DNA of 64,000 nt, taken from assembly GCA_964016885.1 (NCBI GenBank), contig CAXHJY010000110.1, forward strand, positions 634-64,633, in the 5' to 3' direction. How positions within the stretch are numbered: the stretch's first letter is position 1; the number at the start of each line of letters is the position of its first letter. This DNA is from Eledone cirrhosa (lineage: Eukaryota). A model generated the notes under the pieces. That model worked only from the letters and a program-made list of their open reading frames with translations, ran no database searches and was not told where the DNA came from. Shown here piece by piece: positions 1 to 11,223 of this stretch. A program made the position numbers and the translations under genes.

Positions 1-920
<920 letters not shown>

Positions 921-2748
921 ATCATCATCATCATCACCGTTTTACGTCCGTTCTTCCACGCTAGCATGGGTTAGACGGGTTGTCCTGTTGTGGGCAGTGT
1001 CTGGTCGGCTGACGATGCCTTGCTCATACAGGAACTAATCTGGCTTGATTTCTACAGCCGGATGCCCCTCCTAACACCAACCCCACCCACAGTGAGTGCT
1101 GGGTGCTTTTTCGTGGCGCCTACACGTCCACCTCACAGCGCGGGCTGGGTGCCCTTTTTGCCGTGGCACCTCCACGACCACCTTGCGGTGGGGGGAGTGG
1201 GGGCATATTGTTTATATGCTTCAGCATGTACCCATGGGAGGTCGGGTACCCTGTATTACTGTGTGACGCCAGAAGTCACGGTCGTGTGTCATTGTCTTTG
1301 AGAGGTGTAGTTGGGTAAGGTCGGCTTTTATCACCTCATCCCAAGTCATCTTGGGTCTCCCCACTCCGCGGTTTTCATCAACTTCTAGTGCTCTGCACCT
1401 TTTTATGCAGCTGTCATCCTTCATACGCATCACATGTCCATACCAGCGTAACCGCCTCTCCTGCATGATTCCTCTTATGCTCAGTCTCTCTCTCAATTCC
1501 TTTATGCTTTGTCGTTCACGTATATTACTGTTACACATCCATCGGAGCATGCAGGCTTCGTTTCTCTCTAATCTACGTAAGTCTTCCACCTTCAGCGCCC
1601 AGGTCTCACTACCATGCAACATCGCTGTTCGGATACACGCATCATACAGTCTGCCTTTCATTCTGAGGGAGAAGCCTTTTGCAGCTAGCAGTGGTAGTAG
1701 TTCCCTAAACTTCTTCCATCCCGTTCTTACCCTAGTTATTGTACTTTCTGAGCACCCACCTCCGTTGCTAATTCGGTCACCTAGGTAGCAGAAGCTGTCT
1801 ACTGTTTCTACAGGGCCCTCCCAGAGATTGGTGGTACTTGTTTCCTGTGGCTGTTTGCTTGCTGTTTCAGCACAGCTGCTGCATGTGAATCCTACATTCT
1901 TAATTAAGCTTCCTGAGATCCCGCTACATCTCTTGTGTACCCATTGTTTGCATTTGGGGCAGAGAATGGAGTTCCTACCTACACCTTTCCTACATACTGA
2001 GCAAGGCCATTTCCCTGAGGGATCTGGGTTCTGTTTTCTCGTCTACTTACAAGGACCTTAGTCTTTGTCATGTTGACTTTGAGGCCCTTTCTCTCTAGTC
2101 CCTGCTTCCAGGTTTGGAATTTGTTCTCTAGTTCTACCATAGATTCAGCTATGAGTGCGAGGTCATCAGCATACAGGAGTTCCCATGGGCATCCGGTCTT
2201 AAACTCCTCCGTTATTGCCTGCAGGACTATGATGAACAGGAGAGGGCTAAGAACAGAGCCCTGGTGGACCCAACCTGTACGCTAAATTCCTCGCTATACT
2301 CATTGCCAATCCTAACTTTGCTGACTGCTCCCCTATACATGGCTTGTACCGCTTTCACAAGCCATTCATCTACTCCTAGTTTTCTAAGAGCCCACCAGAT
2401 TACTGCACGTGGAACTCTGTCAAAGGCTTTCTCAAGGTCGACAAATGCCAAGTAGAGTGGCTTACTTTTAGCTAGGTACTTTTCTGTAATTGCCTCACAA
2501 GGAAGAGGGCATCAGTGGTGCCTTTCCCTGGTACAAACCCAAATTGCATCTCGTCTATATTCACCCGGTCCCTAATCAGCTGTGCTATAACTCTTTCTGT
2601 TACTTTCATGACCTGGTCCATCAACTTTATACCTCTATAGTTTCCTCTATCTAGTGCATCGCCTTTACCTTTGTAGCAGTTGACAATGATGCTACTGCAC
2701 CAATCTTTTGGTATGGCCCCCTCTAGTATTACCTGGTTAACGATACGT
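921..2748 (-). mobile_element. 5'-truncated RTE-type LINE, family A (copy A1), frameshifted
   Basis: Near-identical to 57105-58938. Minus-strand ORF pieces give RT motifs (AFVDLEKAFDRVP, RRLRWYGHV). The 3' UTR ends in a (TGA)n tail at 921. Both ends abut (TA)n. Confidence 0.95.
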
Positions 2749-2949
2749 ATATTTATATATATATAAATATATATATATAAATATATATATATATAAATAT
2801 ATATATATATAAATATATATATATATAAATATATATATATATAAATATATATATATAAATATATATATATATAAATATATATATATAAATATATATATAT
2901 ATAAATATATATATATATAAATATATATATATAAATATATATATATATA

Positions 2950-2985
<36 letters not shown>

Positions 2986-3036
2986 AATATATATATATAT
3001 AAATATATATATATATAAATATATATATATATAAAT

Positions 3037-3119
<83 letters not shown>

Positions 3120-3130
3120 AATATAATATA
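2749..3130. repeat. (TA)n tract with periodic TAAA interruptions
   Basis: Seen directly. Confidence 0.95.
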
Positions 3131-3161
3131 AGATCAAAAGATGGTTAAAGGAGTTCCATAT

Positions 3162-3230
3162 ATTTTATTATGCGCATTTCAAAAACAAACATCATCATGC
3201 AATAATATTTGTGTTTTCATCAGATAAAAC
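3162..3230 (-). ncRNA. Minimal type I hammerhead ribozyme in the Penelope terminal region
   Basis: Minus strand reads GTTTTAT-CTGATGA-aaacacaaatatt...tgtttgttttt-GAAA-TGCGCA-TA-ATAAAAT. It has stem I, the canonical core, stem II, a palindromic stem III and an AUA cleavage triplet. Confidence 0.85.
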
Positions 3231-3328
3231 AGGAGAACATGATATGAAGGCTAAAAAACACTTGTGGATAGTGCAATTTTAAATCAACATATGAAAAGTG
3301 GTTTTAGATTGATGTGTGATATTGGGAA

Positions 3329-3750
3329 AAATATTTTATTTAGAGAGGGGGGGGGGGAAGGATGAATAGGGAAGGAGATGAAAGGGAGAGATGGGTGATA
3401 GATAGAAAGAGATAGTTTTTATAACTGAGAGGAGATATATTTTTTACATAGAGAGGTTGAAAACCGTTGGAAGATACTGTATAAATTAAAAATTTTGAAA
3501 ATTAACGAAGGGAGGATATGTGCGAGGAAAAAATATTTTATTTAGGGAGGGGGGGGGGTGGAAAGGATGAAAAAAAGGGGGAGGAGATGAGAGTGAAGGT
3601 GGAGAGGGAGAGATGGGTGATAGAGAGAAAGAGATAGTTTTTATAACTGAGAAAAAGATATATTGTTTTAATATAGAGAGGTTGGGAACCGTTGGAAGAT
3701 AATGTATAAATTAAAGGAATTTGAAAATTAACGAAGGGAAATTATGTATG
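3329..3750. repeat. Diverged ~200 bp tandem duplication in the Penelope 3' region
   Basis: aaaatattttattta..gggggggggg..gagatagtttttataactgaga..ccgttggaagata..ttgaaaattaacgaaggga occurs at ~3329 and again at ~3530. Confidence 0.8.
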
Positions 3751-4239
3751 AAGATAGAGAGAAAAAAATAATAATTGTGGGTGAATATTCTAACGTCAAA
3801 AAAAGAAATGTATGTATTGTGGCAATTTCAAAATTAGCGAAGAGAAAAATTGTTAAGGTTTGTGTGTAGAAGGATTTGAGAAAAATAATGTGAAGTTAAA
3901 GTTTGTATATTGATTGAATTGATAATATATGCGAATAAAGAGTTAATATGTATTAATAATGAGTTCGTTGATGGGGAGAAAAAAATAATAATAAATTAAG
4001 GATGAAATTGAGATTAAAAAGATTTATGATAGAGAGAAAAAATAATAATGATTGCGGATGAATATTCTAATGTCAAAACAAATGTTATGATTTTACAAGA
4101 AGATAGAATGAGGGTAATGAGTAAACGAGTATTATAGAGTGTATAATGCCCTTTAAAGTAAGGTAGATGGGTATATTTTAAAGAGGTGTATGTATATGTG
4201 CCTTTGAGAAAAGATTCTAAATTGATAAAGAATTGAATA

Positions 4240-5480
4240 TTAACTGTATACTTTGTGAAAAGTTCTATGGAATTTATGCAGGCAGATAGAAAACAAATCT
4301 GTGCGTCTATTTATTATAGAATCTAGGTTAGAGATAATGGTAAATTTTTCATTTAGGCAGAGATTACAGATTTTAGATAGAGAGCTGTTCAAGTATGAGG
4401 ATGCAGAAGAAATCTTCTTCCAAAAGATGGTATATTTAATGTTTTTGTCTTTTAAGGACCATATGAGTTATGAGAGAGCAGTGTTAGTTCTTTTAAGTTT
4501 GTATTTGAAAGATGAATGATGATTATAGAGACGAGCTTTAAAAGAGGTGGAAGTGGAGCCAAAATAGGTGAAGGAATTGGTGCTAGTTATAATTTTACAT
4601 TCATAAATTAAGTTTTTATCGAGACAATGGTTGTTGAGAGGACATTTATTTTTAATGCGGCAGTTGCAATTAGAGAGATTATTAATGAGTGATCTAGTGT
4701 TATCTATAGAAGGAATTGGATTGGAGAAGTTGTTTGCGATAGGAATAATAGGAATAATAGTTTCTTGATTTAGAGTTGGATTATGAACATTTAGCAAAGT
4801 TGTGTTTGACGTTGTATTTGGGTTTACAGAAGTTAGCCTAGGGTTTACAATGACGTCGGGAGTACTATTACTGTTATTATGAAATTCAATATTGGAAGGA
4901 AGAGATTTAGTATTTAGTATTTTGTTGTTGTGTTTAGAGATGATGTTGGAAATATTGGAGGATGTAGAATACGAAAATTTGATGGTGTGTTTGTTAAATA
5001 TTTTACTATAGATATGTGAGGGGGGAAGCATTTATTTAAGGCACTAAAAAATAATTTAGGAATATTGTTATTAATAGAGATGGAGAAAGGAGCATTATAC
5101 CAGATTATGTTTTTGTATCTAGGTCTTTTATTAAAATTATTGGAATGGTCATGATTAATTATTCTACTGTAAGTTTTTCTAGAATTTGTTTCTTTATTAT
5201 ATTTGATTTTATCTGGATAGCCGGCTTTAGAAAGTGCGTTATTATAGTAATTGGCGTTAGCATCAAAGATGTTTTTATTAGAAGATATGTTAGATATTCT
5301 ATTTCCAATATTATTAACTATAGCATTCTTGATATTGGTAGGATGGTTAGATTTAAAGTTAACATAATTAAGGTTCTCATTGTTTTTATGGTAAGGGTAA
5401 TATAAGCCAGTGTCAAGATTAAGAGATACATCCAAGAAATTAGCTAGTTTGATACTATTATCAAATTCAATTTTTAGGTT
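4240..5480 (-). pseudogene. Penelope-like RT C-terminus plus GIY-YIG endonuclease, disrupted
   Basis: Frameshift near 5030 (G-run) and an in-frame TAA at 4468-4470. The frame continues LIWSLKDKNIKYTIFWK..ICNLCLNEKF..NRRTDLFSICLHK to a TAA at 4240. Confidence 0.85.
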
Positions 5481-5589
5481 ATATATAAATATATATATAT
5501 ATATATATAAATATATATATATAAATATATATATATATAAAAATATATATATATATATATAAATATATATATATAAATATATATATATA

Positions 5590-5651
<62 letters not shown>

Positions 5652-5792
5652 AATATATATATATAAATATATATATATAAATATATATATATATAAATAT
5701 ATATATATAAATATATATATATAAATATATATATATAAATATATATATATAAATAAATATATATATATAAATATATATATAAATATATATAT

Positions 5793-5851
<59 letters not shown>

Positions 5852-6017
5852 AATATATATATAAATATATATATATATAAATATATATATATATAAATAT
5901 ATATATATATAAATATATATATATATAAATATATATATATATAAATATATATATATATAAATATATATATATATAAATATATATATATAATATATATAAA
6001 TATATATATATATATAA

Positions 6018-6048
<31 letters not shown>

Positions 6049-6049
6049 C
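5481..6049. repeat. (TA)n tract with TAAA interruptions
   Basis: Seen directly. Confidence 0.95.
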
Positions 6050-7343
6050 AGAAGAAATTCCAAACATGGAAGCATGGCCTAGAATGAAAAGGCCTTAAAA
6101 TTAACCTGGCTAAGACTAAAGTTCTAGTTTGTAAGAGAGAAAATAAGGTGGTGGTCCCTTCCGGGAAGTGGCCATGCTCAGTGTGTAGGAAAGGCGTAGG
6201 TAGAAACTCCATTTTGTGTCCCAAATGCAAAGTATGGGTGCATAAAAAATGTAGTGGGATCACAGGTAATCTAACTAAGAACATAGATTTTACATGTGGC
6301 CGGTGCTCTGGTCCAATAAGTAGCAGCAAGTGCCCACAAAAAACTAGCTCTTTCAACTGCGCAGAGGGTTCTATAGAAATAGTGGACAGCTTCCGTTACC
6401 TGGGTGACAAAATCAGCAGTCGGGGAGGGTGCTCTGAAAGTACAGTAGCTAGAGTCAGAACTGGATGGAAAAAGTTCAGAGAACTTATACCACTATTAGC
6501 CGCTAAAGGGTTCTCCCTAAAAGTGAAAGGCAGGTTGGACGATGCCTGCATACGAACAGCAATGTTGCATGGCAGTGAGACCTGGGCATTGTGTGCAGAG
6601 GATATATGCAGACTAGAGAGAAACGAAGCTTGCATGATCCGCTGGATGTGTAATAGTAATATACGTGAACGGCAAAGCATAAACGAACTAAGGAAAAAAT
6701 TAGAAATAAGAGGGATCAGATGTTGTATACTCGAGAGAAGGCTACGTTGGTATGGTCACGTGATGCGCATGAAGGACGATAGCTGTATAACAAAGTGCAG
6801 GGCAATAAAGATAGACGGTAGCCACGGAATAGGCAGACCCAGAAAAACCTGGGACGAGCTGATAAATTCCGACCTCACACACTTACACCTCACCAAGACA
6901 ATGTCACTGGACCGAGACCTTTGGCGGTACTCATTAATAGAGAAGACCCGCCTTACCTAAATACAAAGTAAAACCTACTACATCAGTAGGCATCTCTAAC
7001 AAAATACACCCCGTCCCACCACCCCCACCTCATCCACACCGCCCCTTTCAATGTAAAGTTATGTTGGTGCGACAACATCCAGGCCGAAACAAATGAGATC
7101 GTGTAGGTGTCACGTCAAAAAAACACACAGTTCACGCTGTAATGTGGCCGTGTAGGCAACACGGTAAAAACCTCCCAGCCCCACACTGTAAATGTGGTTG
7201 GTGTTAGGAAGGGCATCCAGCTGTAGAAAACCAGCCAGATAGTCCTATGCGAGCAAGATAACCACTCTTGCCTCAAGTGGGAAAACGCCCGTCCAAACCC
7301 ACGCAAGCGTGGAACACGGACGTTAAACGATGATGATGATGAT
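6050..7343 (+). mobile_element. 5'-truncated RTE-type LINE, family B (copy B1)
   Basis: ORF 6148-6960 covers the PHD-like finger and RT C-terminus, ending EKTRLT*. The 3' UTR has one module copy and a (TGA)n tail. Confidence 0.95.
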
Positions 7344-7436
7344 ATATAAATATATATATATAATATATATAAATATATATATATAATATATATAAATATA
7401 TATATAAATATAAATATATATAATATATATAAATAT

Positions 7437-7469
<33 letters not shown>

Positions 7470-7517
7470 TAAATATATATATAAATATATATATAAATAT
7501 ATATATAAATATATATA

Positions 7518-8392
7518 TGTAGGCGGACAGTACCTGATTTGGAGTCGCAGAAACCAATACTGGATCTTACCATCAGTCCAGGGTCCGGGAAAGTATCAAC
7601 ACATATATTTTTATTGTTTGACCCGAATTACTTGGTCGTTTTGTTTTGGCTGTGCGGATGATATGTTTAACCATCATCTCAGTGTGTTTGGCCCTTAACG
7701 TATGTTGTAGCTCTGATTCATATGATTCATCGAGCGCTTGCCACACATATCGGACGTTGATTTTCGTTAATTCCTGAGCTGAAAACGATTCTCACTAATT
7801 TATATTTGTATTAATCTCCAGAGTCTAGCTATTGAGCAGTTAATTTTATTGATTTTTTCAGTTACTTATATTGACTGTTGAATAGCTCTGTTATATTTAA
7901 CCATTCTGTCGAGAGCTTTATTCGATTTGTGATATTTTGCATTCTCGCAATAATACACAACTGAATCATTCGCTTAATAGAGGTGTTACCTCCCTTGCTG
8001 AATCCCACGAGGGGTCAGTAATAGCCACACTATCTATAGCATCTTGGAGCAAAACCCGTTGATAAAACGACTACCTTGTTCATCATCTCACCAGAAGCCC
8101 AACATTCTTTATGTAGGCGGACAGTACCTGATTTGGAGTCGCAGAAACCAATACTGGATCTTACCATCAGTCCAGGGTCCGGGAAAGTATCAACACATAT
8201 TTTTATTGTTTGACCCGAATTACTTGGTCGTTTTGTTTTGGCTGTGCGGATGATATGTTTAACCATCAGCTCAGTGTGTTTGGCCCTTAACGTATGTTGT
8301 AGCTCTGATTCATATGATTCATCGAGCGCTTGCCACACATATCGGACGTTGATTTTCGTTAATTCCTGAGCTGAAAACGATTCTCGCTAATT
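7518..8392. mobile_element. Unclassified non-coding element: partial tandem repeat with a 594-bp period and ~280-bp direct terminal repeats
   Basis: 7519-7798 recurs at 8113-8392 with only a few differences. Both ends abut (TA)n. Confidence 0.6.
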
Positions 8393-8445
8393 TATATATA
8401 AATATATATATATATATATAAATGTATATAAATATATATAAATAT

Positions 8446-8476
<31 letters not shown>

Positions 8477-8487
8477 AATGTATATAA

Positions 8488-8538
<51 letters not shown>

Positions 8539-8609
8539 AATGTATATAAATATATATATAAATATATATATAAATATAAATATAAATATATATATATATA
8601 TAAATATAA

Positions 8610-8658
<49 letters not shown>

Positions 8659-8985
8659 AATATATATATATAGATATAAATATATATATATAGATATAAA
8701 TATATATAAATATATATATCTATATAAATATATATATATATAAATATATATATATATAAATATATATATCTATAAATATATATATCTATAATATATATAT
8801 CTATAAATATATATATCTATAAATATATATATCTATAATATATATATCTATAATATATATATCTATAAATATATATATCTATAATATATATATCTATAAA
8901 TATATATATCTATAATATATATATCTATAATATATATATCTATAATATATATATCTATAATATATATATATCTATCTATCTATCT
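8393..8985. repeat. (TA)n tract grading into TCTA-interrupted repeats and a (TCTA)n run
   Basis: Seen directly. Confidence 0.95.
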
Positions 8986-9248
8986 AAGGCGGGTAAAATT
9001 CCCGAGATCCATGGACGAGTTTTCTCCAGCGGTCTCTGTCCCTCATTAGCGCTGCCATATCCTGCATCTCCAACAGACCAGTGTCTGTCCTTAAGGCATC
9101 AACATATGTTAACCTTGGTCTTCCTCTTCAGAGGAGACTGGGGTTGGCTGGACATGCTCACCGACATCCAGAGTTGACATTGCACTCAGTGCTCCTTTGG
9201 GAGCCCCTACATGGACACACTAGAAGAGGAAGACCAAGGTTAACATAT
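8971..9248 (-). mobile_element. 3' fragment of another RTE-like LINE with a (TAGA)n tail and an inverted 5' part
   Basis: Minus 9129->8984 reads RGRPRLTYVDALRTDTGL..MRDRDRWR..LR* followed by (TAGA)n. Plus 9130-9248 reads RRLGLAGHAHRHPE..LLWEPLHGHTRRGRPRLTY, the segment that normally lies upstream. Confidence 0.8.
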
Positions 9249-9484
9249 ATATATATATATATAAATTTATATATATAATATATATATAAATATATAATAT
9301 ATATAATCAGCCGTCAGGGTCTTATTTGTTCCTATTACCCACTCTACTACCCTAAGTATTGAGTACTTTGGTGTGTTATGGTCCACCTGGTTCCTTACCA
9401 CATTTCCTTCATTATATATATATATAAATATATTTATATATAATATATATAATATAATATATATATATATAATATATATAATAT

Positions 9485-9516
<32 letters not shown>

Positions 9517-9645
9517 AATATATATAATATAATATATATATATAAATATATATATATATAAATATATATAATATAATATATATATATAAATATATATATA
9601 TATAAATATATATATATATAATATATATAAATATATATATATATA

Positions 9646-9677
<32 letters not shown>

Positions 9678-9770
9678 AATATATAAATATATAAATATAT
9701 ATATATATATATAAATATATAAATATATAAATATATAAATATATATAAATATATAAATATATATATATAT

Positions 9771-10115
9771 GCTATTTCTGGGATGGCTGTTCCCTTCGGT
9801 TCCTTCGGTATAAAGTAACGTTCAAATTTTTCTCGATTCTTCTCTCCATTCGAACCCATTCATTCAATCACTTCTATGTCCTAATTTCACACTATATCCT
9901 ATTTTCACCATTCTATATCATATCTTTTCTCTAAAAATCATATTTTCCCTATCTCCGCATTTTCTCTACCGTATTTTCTTAAACAAAACAAATCTTGTAT
10001 TTTCGTTTATTGTTAAATTATGCCCAATTTTTTCTCGATTCTTCTCTCCATTCCAAAAATTTGAACGTTACTTTATACCGAAGGAACCGAAGGGAACAGC
10101 CATCCCAGAAATAGC
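9771..10115. repeat. Extra copy of the B2 5' end (9771-10052) followed by an inverted copy of its first ~60 bp (10055-10115)
   Basis: gctatttctgggatggctgttcccttcgg.. occurs at 9771 and 10621, and its reverse complement ends at 10115. Confidence 0.9.
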
Positions 10116-10158
10116 ATATATATATATATTTATATATTTATATATATTTATATATTTA

Positions 10159-10208
<50 letters not shown>

Positions 10209-10297
10209 TTATATATATATTTATATATTTATATATATATTTATATATTTATATATATATTTATATATTTATATATATATATATATATTTATATATT

Positions 10298-10364
<67 letters not shown>

Positions 10365-10491
10365 ATTTATATATATTATATATATATATATTTATATATA
10401 TATATAAATATATATAATATAATATATATATATAAATATATATATATATAAATATATATATATATAATATATATAAATATATATATATATA

Positions 10492-10523
<32 letters not shown>

Positions 10524-11223
10524 AATATATAAATATATCTATATATATATAAATATATAAATATATATATATATATATAAATATATAAATATATATAAAT
10601 ATATAAATATATATATATATGCTATTTCTGGGATGGCTGTTCCCTTCGGTTCCTTCGGTATAAAGTAACGTTCAAATTTTTCTCGATTCTTCTCTCCATT
10701 CGAACCCATTCATTCAATCACTTCTATGTCCTAATTTCACACTATATCCTATTTTCACCATTCTATATCATATCTTTTCTCTAAAAATCATATTTTCCCT
10801 ATCACCGCATTTTCTCTATCGTATTTTCTTAAACAAAACAAATCTTGTATTTTCGTTTATTGTTAAATTATGCCCAATTTTTTCTCGATTCTTCTCTCCA
10901 TTCGAACCCATTCATTCAATCACTTCTATGTCCTAATTTCACACTATATCATATTTTCACCATTCTATATCATATCTTTTCTCTAAAAATCATATTTTCC
11001 CTATCACCGCATTTTCTCTATCGTATTTTCTTAAACAAAACAAATCTTGTATTTTCGTTTATTGTTAAATTATGCCCAAAATACGGCGATCTTATCTTAA
11101 ACCTTACATTCTCGCTAACAACCCATCATCCCTCCCTCCCGCCCCCACGCACCACCATTATTACGTGGACCAATCATAAGTCAGAGGCCCATACTATCGC
11201 TTAACTGGTTGCTTTTCGATATC

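Larger units (their letters stand above)
3131..5480 (-). mobile_element. 5'-truncated Penelope-like element (Naiad-like GIY-YIG type)
   Basis: Minus-strand translation gives an RT thumb ([23 protein letters not shown]), [12 protein letters not shown]-x5-CPL-x3-C, a GIY-YIG-like motif (LIYECK..TYFGST..FKARLYNH) and CNLCLNEK..SICLH. A ~1.1 kb 3' region ends in a hammerhead ribozyme. Confidence 0.88.

Noticed and set aside
4468-4470. In-frame stop in the Penelope ORF as possible selenocysteine, as reported for some Naiad elements
   Set aside because: The codon is TAA rather than TGA, it is not at a Cys position, and I see no SECIS-like hairpin downstream.
7975-8030. HDV-like ribozyme on the minus strand (cccctcgtggg..gcgaatg)
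   Set aside because: I could not build consistent P1/P2 pairings and the L3 loop is too short.
7518-8392. TRIM or LTR mini-element
   Set aside because: The repeats begin with TG but lack a CA end, a primer-binding site and a polypurine tract.
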